DNA from: an uncultured Verrucomicrobiae bacterium
GTDB taxonomy: Bacteria; Verrucomicrobiota; Verrucomicrobiia; Chthoniobacterales; JAFAMB01
Assembly: GCA_963837955.1 (NCBI GenBank)
Contig: CAWIPH010000002.1
Location: 3,360,001-3,424,000 of the forward strand
Reading direction: 5' to 3'
Length of the DNA stretch: 64,000 bases
Both the position numbers and the translations under genes were made by a program. Position 1 is the first letter of the stretch. The number at the start of each line of letters is the position of its first letter. This document shows positions 1 to 11,434 of this stretch, in pieces. The notes under the pieces are model-generated. The model worked only from the letters and a program-made list of their open reading frames with translations, searched no databases and was not told the origin of the DNA.

Positions 1-244
1 ATCACTAAGGCGCGCAGCCGACGCGATGGATTGCGACTTGGTTTACGCGCTTGTTCCGCGTGCTGGTTCGTTGGAGGCGATGATCGAAAACCAGGCGCGG
101 AAACAGGCCGAGAAACTGGTGCGCCCGGTTGCCCATTCAATGATGCTGGAAGGCCAATCCACAGAGGCGGCCAGCGATCGACTTGACGAACTGTCAAAGC
201 AATTCGCAGCGACGCCGAATGCTTCTTTGTGGGACGAAGGATGA
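1..244 (+). CDS. Mobile mystery protein A-like protein, 5'-truncated by the window edge
   Basis: Reads ...RAADAMDCDLVYALVPR...VAHSMMLEGQ...SLWDEG, the typical C-terminus of this family. Its stop overlaps the next ATG (ATGA at 241-244). Confidence 0.8.
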   Translation, partial: SLRRAADAMDCDLVYALVPRAGSLEAMIENQARKQAEKLVRPVAHSMMLEGQSTEAASDRLDELSKQFAATPNASLWDEG

Positions 245-830
245 TCCTCAAATTCAAAAAGGGCCAGACGCCAATCGATGCTGCTGAAGCGGAAGCGCTG
301 ATTCCCCGCTAACCACTCAAGAGGAGCTGGATGTTTGGGAGGAGAAGAACATCTTATTAGGACGGAAGTGGGTGCTCTCGAAACGGGTGCTGAATCGTTT
401 CGACCCACTTGCGGAAGAAGATATTATTGAGCTGCACAAGCGCATGTTCGGCGAGACATGGAAATGGGCCGGGACTATCCGAAGGCGGAACAAGAATATC
501 GGAGTTGCGTTCTACAATATCCGGGTCGAGCTGCGGACCCTCTTAGATGATGTCCGTTATTGGCTGCGGGAGAAAGCGTTTGATGTAACGGAGATCGCGG
601 TCCGCGTCCATCACCGATTGGTAAAGATCCATTTGTTCCCGAACGGTAACGGACGCCATGCTCGGCTAATCGCCGACATCATCGCGAGACAGGAAGGCGT
701 GCCTGAATTTACGTGGGGAGGCGGCAGTCTGATCGATACCAACGAACTCCGGGCTAAATACATCGCCGCCCTCAAGCGAGCTGATAATGGTGATTACGAT
801 GATCTTATTTCCTTCAGCAGAGCCCGATAG
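241..830 (+). CDS. Mobile mystery protein B (Fic domain), one frameshift near 305-310
   Basis: Reads MILKFKKGQTPIDAAEAEALIP, then after a shift in a C-run LTTQEELDVWEEKNILLGRKW, joining ORF 372-830. Fic motif HLFPNGNGRHAR and MFGETWKWAG are present. Confidence 0.85.
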
Positions 831-1434
831 CACAAGCGAGTATTAGCCGTTGTCCCAATGCCTGTCGGCGTCTCTTTCGCACGCTAGCTTCACCCGCATT
901 GGATCGGCAAGTTGATTTTGATGGTGTGGTGTTTATCTTATTTTTGGCGGATCGTTGCCTTAACAACGTTCGATTCCGCCGTAAACTATTAAACAAGGAG
1001 GAATTATGATTGACGTAACGACCGCACGCGCCTTTTAAGGGCGGACACCAGAGCTAATTTATAGAACGCTGGAGAGAGACGTCAAAGCGCAGAATAATCC
1101 GCTTTTGAAAGCGAGTTTAATAACATTGTTCACCAGGGCTGGAGAGATGAAGTCTTTTGCTTGTTTTGTCGCTCGGGATCTTTGAGTTCTTTCTCTGTGA
1201 ACGAACCAGGTTTTTCCGAATTCGTTCGGGATTTCGCGCAAAGGCACGCTATCCAAATCGAGTTTCAAGAAGCAGTTCAAGCCGATAAACGTTCGCTCAC
1301 TACAGCGAAGCTCCGTTTCTAACCGCGCAATTCTCGAATCTTTTTACTCGCTCCGAGGAGTGATGCAAGGACTCGCGCGGCCTTGGTTGGCGATATGGAC
1401 TGCGTCTACTTTCCAGCGCATCGGAGCGGTTCTA

Positions 1435-1548
1435 CTAGTCGGTTTCAACATAAGGCTTGAGCCGGATCGCTTCAGTGTAATCGATGATGGCCTTGTCGTA
1501 CTGCTCCAGACCGGCGTAAGCGAAGGCGCGAACTGCAAGCCTAGCCAT
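1435..1548 (-). pseudogene. Single TPR-repeat gene fragment
   Basis: Translates to MARLAVRAFAYAGLEQYDKAIIDYTEAIRLKPYVETD*, a canonical TPR unit with no surrounding gene. Confidence 0.55.
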
Positions 1549-1609
1549 ATTTTCACTGACGCAAAGCCGCCGTTCACTATCTGTTCAAACAGGCGATACG
1601 AAGCTACTA

Positions 1610-2998
1610 TCACGGCACCGTGGTGACCATCCCGCTGAAATCCAGCTTGGTACTGGATGTAATAATATGTGGTGGCAGCGGTTTCTGCGAAAAATTGAAA
1701 CAGTCCAACATGTTGTTCGAACTTCGGTCACTAGCGGTCAGCGACGAAAGGCCAAACCTGGTTTCGATCAGCTTGAGAGGTGAAGTCAAATCGAACAGGG
1801 TGTGATTGACGACACCCGCTCGCGAGTAAGGAGAAATGATGATGGCGGGTACGCGCGGGCCGCAGCCGTAGAGATCGGTCTGCGGGGGAGGAACGTGATC
1901 GTAAAAACCGCCGTAATCGTCCCACACCGAAATTATTGCCGTATCTTTCCAGTAAGTGCTTTGCATTACCGCATTAATCAGATCGGTGACGTATTCCATT
2001 CCGAACCGGATATCTTCTGGAGGATGCTCACTTTGTTTGAAGCTCGGAATTATCCAGGAAACTTGAGGCAACGTCCCCGCCTTAAGATCATCGTAGAACT
2101 GTTCCTTCTTAACAAAATGTGACATCAGACTGGGGTTGCTCTTAACCTGTTCGAAACCAACTAAGGGATTCCAAAGCGAATGGTTGTGAGGATTTGGCTG
2201 ACCCGTGTAATAGTTCCAAGTGACACCGGAATTACGGAGCAGCTCGACCATGGTTGGGAACGAATAGGTTGGTTCGACGCGCGGACCACCGGGGTTGTTA
2301 ACGAGCCGCCGGATTGTGCTGCAACGGTATAGAGATGATTCGGTTCACTCGGACCCATGAGGGACGAAAAGAAATAGTCACACAACGTGAACTTGCGGGC
2401 GTAATCCCAGTAGTTCGGGATTTCGTGGAAATCTGAGTAACCAGCGTGTCAATAACCATGGCGGGCGGGAGCCAGATTCGGGGTCGCAGCTGGGGTAAAG
2501 CCGTTGCGGTCTGCTCTTCAATATCAGGAGCGCTCTCATCCTCATCGTCGACTGCACCATTAGGCGAAAGCGCTGTCACCACCGGTTGCGTCGCAACGTG
2601 ACCACCTTCGACCAATTCAGGATTCGGGGTCGGAACAGTTTTGCTTCCCCAATAAAACCTTAGCGCCTCCGGCCATTCAGCCCACATAAACCCGTCCATG
2701 CGCCCTGATTCCAGGCTGTCCGGACCGCCTGCCAAGTGTGCTGGAGATCATGATGGATACGGGTAGCGGTTGAGTGATAAGGCTTAAACTTAGGCGGACC
2801 ACCCGGAAGTTCCGGCAACTTGGTTCCCGGCGGAATCCCGTTCGCGCCCGGATAGGTGCCGAAGTAATTGTCAAACGTATGATTTTCCTGGATGATATAG
2901 ATGAAGTGGTTAAGTGGGATGCCCGATCTTGTCTGCGCCGACCCGACACCCAGCATCGCAACCGTTGCCACCAGAATTCCACCAACGACTTTCGACAT
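1610..2998 (-). CDS. Secreted phospholipase C / phosphoesterase family protein, split by at least 3 frameshifts
   Basis: Signal peptide followed by [54 protein letters not shown] and GPRVP. These motifs are spread over four ORFs (2660-3097, 2298-2735, 2161-2385, 1610-2251). Confidence 0.85.
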
Positions 2999-3593
2999 CC
3001 CTCCCGAAGCATAGCGGCGAAAAGCGCCGTCAGACCTTTGCCGGAGACTTTGAAAGGTTTTCACCCGGCGATATGAACAGCCATTTCGATGGGACACAAC
3101 TTCTTTCAGAAGATCCGTCTGATATATTGCACGCGGGTCAGTCTAGCCACTGTAATTGCAAGCAGTTTCCGAAAGAACAGCGCAATTTCTGCTAGTTCGG
3201 ATCAGCTCTGTTCCCAACTCATTTGCATCAAGCTATTTTATGCAATCATTAAAATAACAACTACATTAGCGAGAAACATCGCAATAAGTGGGGTATTAAA
3301 TACGAGCGTTAAAGAAAATAGGAAATTGAAGGAGATTTTCGGAGGCGACCGCAGTGGGTGTGCGTGGCGATACAGATCGCCACAAGCGAGCTTTTTGCGC
3401 TACCAACGTAGGTTCGACAAACCCGCTCGAAATCTGCAACGTTCTGGCAATCCCCCGCGCTCGCAATACCGGAAACGGACGCTAGAGCCGAGGAAATAAT
3501 CTACTCGCACCGCTTGCCGGGCTAGATCGAATCGATTTGAAGCTCAAGCAACCAATTTATTGACCGTTACCCTCAAGCACGATCCACAAAAAC

Positions 3594-3959
3594 ATGCACA
3601 AGAGAACCGTCGCCACCATTATCAAATTACTTCTACTCACTACCGCAAGCTTTAGCATAGCCACCCGCACTCTTGCTGATGCCCCCATTAGCGGAGAAGT
3701 GCACGCCAATTCTACCTTTGCCGACTCGCAGCAGGATCTAAAGAAAGCGTACGACTTGATACTCGAGGGCGACAGTCAAAGCTTGGTCCAAATGACGAAC
3801 GAGGACAAATGCGCTCCTGTCGCCAAGCCTATCAAGGTTATCGTTGATGAGCTAAAGGGCGACTATGTTCGCTGGCACACTACCGACCATGCTGACCTAC
3901 CTTGCTACAGCAGGCTGAAGGATATCACGATCTATATCAACGGCGTCAAAGCTAACTGA
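3594..3959 (+). CDS. Hypothetical secreted protein
   Basis: 121-aa ORF with an ATG start and a signal-peptide-like N-terminus. No family recognised. Confidence 0.6.
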   Translation: MHKRTVATIIKLLLLTTASFSIATRTLADAPISGEVHANSTFADSQQDLKKAYDLILEGDSQSLVQMTNEDKCAPVAKPIKVIVDELKGDYVRWHTTDHADLPCYSRLKDITIYINGVKAN

Positions 3960-4208
3960 TAATTCTGTCCTAACCAAACAAAACGGTTACATATCGAGCC
4001 ACCGACTGCGAAATCTGCCCGGCGAAGTTCTTCCTTGCTGTCGATTTCTTACGGCTAGGTCAAATGGGTTATCTGTTCTGTTCATGTGCTGCCTTCTGTT
4101 TTCAGACTTTCTCGAGATATAGCCTAACCGAACAAATTCGCTATTTGAGTCCCTGCTCCTTCATGAAAGTGGGCGTGGGGACTCCGTGAATTTCACATAA
4201 CTACGCTC

Positions 4209-4268
4209 TTGACATAGACTCGACATGCCATTTACTTAACTAATTAGTTAATTAACCTATCGGTATAA
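4209..4268 (+). promoter_or_regulatory. Sigma-70 promoter with palindromic ArsR-type operator
   Basis: TTGACA at 4209-4214. Perfect 16-bp palindrome TTAACTAATTAGTTAA at 4236-4251, followed by a related site TTAACCTATCGGTATAA, directly upstream of the ArsR gene. Confidence 0.65.
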
Positions 4269-4272
4269 TAGA

Positions 4273-4640
4273 ATGCCCGACACCCTCAGCCAGACATTTG
4301 CAGCACTCGCCGACCCGACCAGAAGGGCCATGCTGGCCCAGCTCTCCAAAGGGGAGGCCAACGTTTCCGATCTGGCCAAGCCATTTCTGAAAGACATGAG
4401 CCTGCCGGCCGATCACGAAGCACCTGAAGGTCCTGGAAAAAGCCGGCCTCATCACCAAAACCCGCGAGGCGCAATGGCGTCCCTGCAAACTCAACGGCAG
4501 ACGCATTTAAGGACGTGGCCGACTGGATGGAACAGTATCGAATATTCTGGGAAGAGAGTTTTGATCGCCTCGATGCCTATTTGAAAACCGTCACTTCAAA
4601 AAAGAATGCGAAAGGAAAGAAAAATGCCCGCAAAAAATAA
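4273..4640 (+). CDS. ArsR/SmtB family transcriptional regulator (frameshifted)
   Basis: FAALADPTRRAMLAQL...MSLPA, then in other frames ITKHLKVLEKAGLITKTREAQWRPC and DWMEQYRIFWEESFDRLDAYL. Confidence 0.85.
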
Positions 4641-5589
4641 ATCCAACGAGATCAGAATCACCCGGATCTACGATGCTCCCGTTCAAGCCGTCTGGGACGC
4701 CTGGACCGATCCCGAGCAAGTGGCGCAATGGTGGGGACCGCGCGGCTTTACCCTCACGACCCACAGCAAGGATTTGCGCCGGGCGGCAGTTGGAATTACA
4801 CCATGCACGGCCCCGATGGCGTCGATTACCCCAACAAGACGAACTATTTCGAAGTCGAAAAACACTCCAAACTGGTTTACGACCACGGCGGCAACGACGA
4901 TCGGCCTCCCCTCTTCCAGCGTGACGGTCCTCTTCTCCGAAATCAACGGCAAGACGAAGATGGACATGACCATGACCTTGCCCACGCCCGAAGCCGCCGA
5001 GGAAACCCGCAAATTCATCAAGAAAGCCGGCGGCGACTCGACCTGGGACCGACTCGCCGAATACCTGGAAAAAGAATCCTCCGGCAAGGAGAAGTTCGTC
5101 ATCAATCGAACCTTCGATGCGCCGCTTGAATTGATGTTCGAGATGTGGACGAACCCGAAACATTTTTCCCAATGGCTGCCCCCGACGGGCTTTAAAATGG
5201 AATTCATCAAGGTCCGACATCAAGCCCGGCGGAAGCACGCTTCTATTTCATGACGGTCGACGGAGACGTCAAGATGTACGGAAGAGCCGAATATCTGAAA
5301 ATCGAGAAACCCGATCGCATCGTCTACACCCAGCAGTTCTGCGATGAAAATGAGAAAGTCTCCCGCCATCCCATGGCTCCCACCTGGCCCGAAACCATGC
5401 TGACGACGGTGCAATTGACCGAGGAAGGACCGGACCGAACGCGCGTGACCGTGACCTGGGAACCTTACGGAGCCGACAACGCCCGAAGAGCTCGAAACCT
5501 TCATCAAAGCCAAAGGCGGCATGACGCAAGGCTGGACCGGATCTTTCGATAAACTGGAGGCGTATTTACAAACTACTAGAAGGCAATAG
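4624..5589 (+). CDS. Two-domain SRPBCC/AHSA1-like protein (frameshifted)
   Basis: RIYDAPVQAVWDAWTDPEQVAQWWGP; second domain NRTFDAPLELMFEMWTNP; ends MTQGWTGSFDKLEAYL. Several frame changes. Confidence 0.85.
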
Positions 5590-5826
5590 GCCTGCGTTTC
5601 GAAAACGCATCGCCATGGAAGGGATCGACGCTCAGACGAACTTCACCCTACCCTATTTCCTTCCTGAAGCCACCCGTCGCTATCGCGCGCTTGCCCTAAC
5701 TGGCCTACGAGTGCGTGGTGACGGCAACCCGCAACATCGAGGGTAAAAAGCTCAACTATCTCAGACGCTGCAAGGCGGACATCCGGTTCCGGCGACAAAA
5801 TCTGGAGAGAGGCCAGCAGTCGCGAG

Positions 5827-6252
5827 CTAACCGGTGCGATTTGGGGTGCCGAGGATACGCGTTTTTGGCGGCAGCATCACATTGTCGAATGTTTGCGTGA
5901 ACATTGCTGCGGCGAAGAAAGCGACCGCCCGCAGCGTCTCGGTGCCGACGTTAACGAGATCGTGCCGTACTGGGGTTGGGAGGACAAAAACGCTACCGGA
6001 TTTGACCGGATAAATGGTACCGTCTTCCATATGCAGCTCACCACTGCCGGCGATAATATACTGGGTTTCTTCGGTGGCATCGGTGTGCCAGCCGAGTCGA
6101 CCTCCGGGTTCGATCTCGTAGACTATCGTCGACGACTGGGTCGTCCCGTGTCCTCCATAGAGAACGAAAGCACCGTTCCACCTGACCGAAGGATCATCCG
6201 CTCCTCGAACCTGCACACGCTCAAGTTTATCTGAAGCCACGACGGGATTCAC
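5827..6252 (-). CDS. Cupin domain protein
   Basis: Cupin motifs LGWHTDATEETQYIIAGSG and PTPVRHDLVN. Confidence 0.85.
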   Translation of the reverse strand: MNPVVASDKLERVQVRGADDPSVRWNGAFVLYGGHGTTQSSTIVYEIEPGGRLGWHTDATEETQYIIAGSGELHMEDGTIYPVKSGSVFVLPTPVRHDLVNVGTETLRAVAFFAAAMFTQTFDNVMLPPKTRILGTPNRTG

Positions 6253-6575
6253 AGTCTGGTTCCTCCTTGAGTGGCTGTGACAGCCGGACCGTCAGTCGAA
6301 ACGTGAACGATAGATTTCATTTCACGAGGTTAGCGGGCCTTCAGCCGGCCAGACAATCAGAAATACAATGTTTTTCACAATTACTGTATCTTTCGGTTTT
6401 CCGGCTGCTTGCTGCAACTCGTCTCCGCCCGGCGTCGGAAGCGATCGCAGCCATTCCGCCATAGCCTCGGGACGGCGGATCTGTCGCGATCCGTTTCGTG
6501 ATGATCATCTGCGCGAGGCTCAATTCGGTTTACGCAGCGACGGCGGTGTCACCGCCGGTAGGCAATAGCAGACCG

Positions 6576-7511
6576 CTATTTGGTCTGCTGTCTATCCAGA
6601 AACGCCTCCGTGAGCCTGATGATCTCTTCTGCTTTTAAATCCAGCGCGAAATGTCCCGCATCGAGGATGTGTACTTCGGCGCGCGGATCGTCTCTGCGAT
6701 ACGCTTCGCCGCCGGCGACGGTGAAGGAGGTGTCATAGCGGCCCCAAAGTACTAGGAGTGGAGGTTGATGATCGCGTAACCATTGTTGCCACTTTGGATA
6801 CGATTTGACGTTGTTTTGATAGTCGTAAAACAGGTCCAACTGAATATCCGCCTGTCCGGGCTGGTTCAGGAAGTAATACTCATCGACCCAGAGATCGGGA
6901 TTGTATGGTGAGAGGTCAGGAGAAGTTCCGACGTGTCGCTTCTTGGTTGCCTCCAGTGATAGCAGATTGGCGCGTACTTCGGCTTCGTGAGCGGCTCGAT
7001 CCTCCCAAAAAGCTCGGCGAACTGCCCAAATCGGAGATAGTCCTTCTTCGTGGGAAACGGCGTTCTGAATGATCATCGCTTGGATCTTTTCGGGGTGAGC
7101 CAAAGCCATGCGGAAACCGACGGGCCCGCCGTAATCCTGCATGAAGAGTGTGTAGCGATCCAAATGCAGTTGTTCCGCAAAGTCCTCTATGACTTTGGCG
7201 AGCGAATCGAAGGTATAAGCGAACTCCTTAGGATTTGGCCAAGAGGAATGACCGAAACCGGGATAGTCGGGCGCGATCAGACGATATTTTTCGCTCAGAC
7301 TCGATTCCAGCAGCTGTTGATACATCCGGGAGGATGACGGCAACCCATGGAGAAGAAGAATCGTGGGCGCGCCTGTCGGTCCCGCCTCTCGATAAAATAT
7401 CTCGAGACCGTCGACGCGAGTGGAGTTGTAGGAGACGAGGTGTTCAGGTGCGGCAGTTGCGACGTTCATTATCAGGAAGACTCCGGAAGAGATCAACGAG
7501 AGTGATTTCAT
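6576..7511 (-). CDS. Alpha/beta-fold hydrolase (epoxide hydrolase/haloalkane dehalogenase-like)
   Basis: LLHGLPSSS, APDYPGFG, nucleophile elbow QDYGG, catalytic His in AGHFAL. Start codon uncertain. Confidence 0.9.
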   Translation of the reverse strand: MKSLSLISSGVFLIMNVATAAPEHLVSYNSTRVDGLEIFYREAGPTGAPTILLLHGLPSSSRMYQQLLESSLSEKYRLIAPDYPGFGHSSWPNPKEFAYTFDSLAKVIEDFAEQLHLDRYTLFMQDYGGPVGFRMALAHPEKIQAMIIQNAVSHEEGLSPIWAVRRAFWEDRAAHEAEVRANLLSLEATKKRHVGTSPDLSPYNPDLWVDEYYFLNQPGQADIQLDLFYDYQNNVKSYPKWQQWLRDHQPPLLVLWGRYDTSFTVAGGEAYRRDDPRAEVHILDAGHFALDLKAEEIIRLTEAFLDRQQTK

Positions 7512-7786
7512 GAATAACGTGAGGATAGAACTCCGGCGAGGAACTCGATTAGGCCTCAGGTTTAGTGGTTTCCTTTGTTGGACTGCCAAGTCTTGGTTCT
7601 TGGTTGCTGAGTACGGATTAGCCCAGATCCCGAAGATGAAACGATCCGCAGACTACGCCGATTCCACAGCTGTTCAAGGGCTCGGAGGAAGATCGATTCG
7701 ATCTCATCATCGCTTCCGCCGGTTGGGACGGCACCCCGTTATACCATTTACCCAGTCCCGCGGGCGCGGCCGCGAGACCCAACGCG

Positions 7787-7909
7787 GGGAGGGATCGCGT
7801 CCCCGCGATCCGTTGTGGCCGGACCCAAGCGCGTTTGTATACCAAGGGTTAAATTGCCTCCCCCAGGTTAGAGATCGTTTTCTCGGCGCGCGGGGACGCG
7901 CGCCCTCCC
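7787..7909. repeat. REP doublet (inverted pair of 26-bp palindromic units)
   Basis: GGGAG-GGATCGCG-TCCC-CGCGATCC-G at 7787-7812, and inverted GGGAG-GGCGCGCG-TCCC-CGCGCGCC-G at 7884-7909. Confidence 0.75.
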
Positions 7910-7960
7910 GGCGATGGAGCAGGCAAACCATTCTTATGTTGACGCGTATTGCGTGGCCGC

Positions 7961-8012
7961 GGGACTGGGCTACTATCACCATGTCCCTTCCGGGACGGGG
8001 CCGTCTTTGCTT
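7961..8012. repeat. Partial arm of the ~230-bp palindromic element family
   Basis: ACTGGGCTACTATCACCATGTCCCTTCCGGGAC resembles the right arm ACTGGGCTACTTTCATCGGGTCCCTCCGGGAC at 47968-47999. Confidence 0.55.
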
Positions 8013-8126
8013 CTGTTCCCAATCCCAAGGCTGCGCACACGCGTCAACCTAAGGCCGCCGTTTGATTCTCTGCCCCAATACGGTCGCCCACGTTGATGCC
8101 TTTCAGATATTTGTCTGCCGCCAGGC

Positions 8127-8158
8127 AAAAAAAACGGCAGCCGCAAAGCTGGCTGCCG
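8127..8158 (-). terminator. Rho-independent terminator of the S53 peptidase gene
   Basis: On the minus strand CGGCAGCCAGCTTTGCGGCTGCCG forms a hairpin followed by a T8 run. Confidence 0.75.
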
Positions 8159-8200
8159 GATCGTGTATTTTTCTAAGTTTGGCGAGTTACCAAAACACGG

Positions 8201-10357
8201 TCACTTCTTTGTCGCGAAGGTTAAACTACCCTGGGCAAAACCACTAGGATTAATAGCCCATACCGTGACGACGTAGTCATTCGTGCTCGGAGTCAGACTA
8301 GTCAATTTCATGCTCGTCTTCTTTGTGATGAAGGAGTTCGTAGGATAATAAGTAGTGCCGACGCTTAGATTCGATAGAGAAACGACGTAAGCCGTCGCTC
8401 CGGTCGAAGCACTCCAGGTTACATCGGCTGTTGTCGCTGCTGCGGTCGCATTGACATTATTGACCGGACCAGGAGCCGTCCCAGGTTGGAAACCCAAGAT
8501 CATGAGTTGCGGGACAAACTGTCCACCCCAAAGCGACCCGTTACCGGTGCAGTTACTATAGCCGTACCCCGCGGTGTAACCGGGATTCCCTTGGGCCAGC
8601 CCGGCGTTACCATTGGAGCCTTCCCTAATGTCATATAAGTAGTTAGCCGCGAAACCCCCAGATCCACCGTTAAAAGGACTACCGACAGCGTATAAGAGCG
8701 GGTTGAAATAACCGATTTGCCCCAGACCGGCGTACTTGAAGGCTGCATTAAGGACACTGAGATAGCCAGCCCAGATCGGGGAGGAAACACTGGTACCACC
8801 GACGTTTACCCAGCCACCGTTGGGTTTGGAATAGATGCCAACTCCAGTGAATGGATCGCCAACCGCTGCGACATCTGGCACGTTGCGAAAAGTGGACGAT
8901 CCACCGTGACTAGTTACGTATCCAGAAATAGGTTCACCCGATTGGTAGGGCGGAATCGGCCAGTATGAGCTGATGCCACCACCGGTTGCACCTTCGTTAA
9001 AAGCCAATTCATTCCAAACCTGTTCGCCTTCGTACAGGGACCCTGGACCGGTAAACAAAGTGGTACCTCCAACCCCAGTGACGTAAGGCTGTGAACCCGG
9101 GTCGGCGACATTGTAGGGATAGGAGAATCCGTCGCCATAAGCGCCTCTGTCTCCTGAGCTGGCCAGCACAGTAATACCTTCTGCCGTCAGTTGTTCCAGT
9201 GCCGTGTTTTCGGCCACCATCGCGGAAGTACCTTGGTAACCCTCGTCCTGTCCATAAGAGATGCTGAGGATTTGCGCTTTATCGTTATCGGCAACCTGCG
9301 TCATAGCGTCGAGCAGAGCAGTTTGGAATGTGTCGATCGAGTCCTCGTAAACCAGCACTTCTGACACATCAGGATTGATCCCAACGACCATGTCGATGTC
9401 GAGCACCGCCTCAAGTTCAATGACCGGCTGGCTCGTGACCACTGTCGTGGGGGAGTGGTTAACGCTCACCGGGGTTATTTTGGGAAGTGGCAGCTTGTTT
9501 GCATCCAAATACTTGGCGACGTCCGTCACATAGAATCCCCCTTGTTCAAACAGCGCTACCACCGTGTTCTTCTGAAGTTTGCCGAAGGTCGGAATACTAT
9601 AGGCAGTGCGCAAATTGGAGGCATCATAGCTTCCACCCGGACCCGTTCCATGTGAGCCGTTAGTCTTATTCGCGTCAGCCGTCCCAAATTCCGGTGATTC
9701 ACCCAGCCTCTGGCCGACCTTGACTAACGGGGCATATTGTTTACTACTGGTTAGTCCGAGCACGCCAGAAACCTTTGAAGCAATGGCGCTTGGGATGGTT
9801 GGGTTAAAACTAGCGGAATAGAATTCCGATCCATCCGGTCCCCGATAATTGTTGATCTGCGTTCTAAAGATCGTTTGAAATTGACCCACGGTGCCGCGCA
9901 CACTCAAAACCGTACGAGCAATGGATTCTTGTGACACTTTTAACCCGTTGGAAGTCGCCCATTCTTTCAGGCCGGCATAATCCGCTGCGTTGGCTCCGTA
10001 CCTGGCCGCGAATTCTTCCGGCGTGATGTACTGATGAAATAGCGCATCCCCAGGAGTGGAAACGCGCCGGGCAAACTCAGCGGCGCCATGAGGATCTGAC
10101 AGTGGTAAGCACAACGCCACCCCGATCTCCTGGGTCGCATCAGCGGGCGACAGAAAGGTGGATTTGGTAACCAGCCCAGAGATCCCGATGGTGGTGGCTT
10201 GCGCAAACAGCGCGCAGGGAACCAACAGAATCCAGGCGTAAGCCAGTGTGGCAATGGTCCTGACTTTACGTTGGGTAGTGGTACTTCGACTCGAATCGAT
10301 CGCTTTGCTTTGATCGATCGTATTGGAACAGTGTAACATAGTAGTTCTAGGCGACAT
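8201..10357 (-). CDS. S53 (sedolisin/kumamolisin) serine protease with propeptide and C-terminal FN3-like domain
   Basis: Pro-domain FHQYITPEEFAARYG; catalytic motifs ELEAVLDID, SSGDRG, RNVPDVAA and GGTSVSSP. Start codon uncertain. Confidence 0.92.
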   Translation of the reverse strand: MSPRTTMLHCSNTIDQSKAIDSSRSTTTQRKVRTIATLAYAWILLVPCALFAQATTIGISGLVTKSTFLSPADATQEIGVALCLPLSDPHGAAEFARRVSTPGDALFHQYITPEEFAARYGANAADYAGLKEWATSNGLKVSQESIARTVLSVRGTVGQFQTIFRTQINNYRGPDGSEFYSASFNPTIPSAIASKVSGVLGLTSSKQYAPLVKVGQRLGESPEFGTADANKTNGSHGTGPGGSYDASNLRTAYSIPTFGKLQKNTVVALFEQGGFYVTDVAKYLDANKLPLPKITPVSVNHSPTTVVTSQPVIELEAVLDIDMVVGINPDVSEVLVYEDSIDTFQTALLDAMTQVADNDKAQILSISYGQDEGYQGTSAMVAENTALEQLTAEGITVLASSGDRGAYGDGFSYPYNVADPGSQPYVTGVGGTTLFTGPGSLYEGEQVWNELAFNEGATGGGISSYWPIPPYQSGEPISGYVTSHGGSSTFRNVPDVAAVGDPFTGVGIYSKPNGGWVNVGGTSVSSPIWAGYLSVLNAAFKYAGLGQIGYFNPLLYAVGSPFNGGSGGFAANYLYDIREGSNGNAGLAQGNPGYTAGYGYSNCTGNGSLWGGQFVPQLMILGFQPGTAPGPVNNVNATAAATTADVTWSASTGATAYVVSLSNLSVGTTYYPTNSFITKKTSMKLTSLTPSTNDYVVTVWAINPSGFAQGSLTFATKK

Positions 10358-11434
10358 TATAGTTCTAATTATCTGGTTTAATGGACTCCTCAGTCCGTAA
10401 TGCTTACAAATCAGAGGGAAAATCGAGCAAAAGAGCGTATGTCCATCGCGCCACTCAGAAAGCGAAGCTCGATTTGTTCGGTGATAGGGAAAACCGGAGC
10501 TACCAATTCGATCCCTTCCACCAAAGAACCGTTTGAATTAAAAGCTTTTCCGAGATGGTAACTCGCTGAAGCTGATGCTCGGTTAGCCCAGCGGATCTGG
10601 CAGAACTAAAGAAGGACCCAACCGCCAAACCGAACCTATCCGGTATCCAACTCATAAGTACTCCCTTTTACCCATGACATCTCGAAATAGCCCTCATCCC
10701 ATAACCCAACTGGCTAGCGCACAATTATGAGTATTGTGCCGGCCAGAGGCCGGCCTTTTGTAAATGAAACGCTCGCCACCGTACCACGCCCCGCCTGGCG
10801 GAGTCGCGCCACCCGCATCGAAGGCGATGTTGTTGCCCAAAGCGAGTCCGACCAGCAGAGTAGATTCGAGTTGCTGCCTATTAACAGCATTGCGATTGAA
10901 ACGTATTGGGAAAAGCCGAGCCGCCATATCTACTATTGTACGGAAATAGAAATGAAAGTTGCGCGCTTTTCAGTTTGGATGGAGTCGGCCGGCCCACCGG
11001 CCACTCCGTTCGCCGCCTTGCGCGAATGATGAATTCCTGTTTGTACGCTTATCCGTTCGCTCGCGGGAAGACGACTTGGTTGCGGCTCTTCGCCTTTGGC
11101 AGGTCCTCAACCTGGGGATATTCGCGTTAAGTACAGGTTACCCATTTTCGGGAGAGTTTTTCATCCTCGAACTCGTCCTTATGGTCGAAGGGTTTAGTTA
11201 CAGGGTCCCGCCACTGCGCCTTTTGCAAAACTCAATCCGTTCTAGTTCACTGCAGTGGAAAGGCATCGCCACGAGGATGACGACGAGAGAAAGCCTGCCC
11301 CCCAACGGTTGTTTGCTCGTTTACCATGATCGTGGAGCGTTTCGACGACGGCGGGAGGAAGACTCGGTTGTGCCGCTCCACGAGTCCAGGATTACCTTGA
11401 TCGACCACGGGGGCTGGGTTTACCTAAGACCGGC

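Noticed and set aside
3340..3425. tRNA-like sequence (GGTTCGAC)
   Set aside because: No cloverleaf or acceptor stem can be formed.
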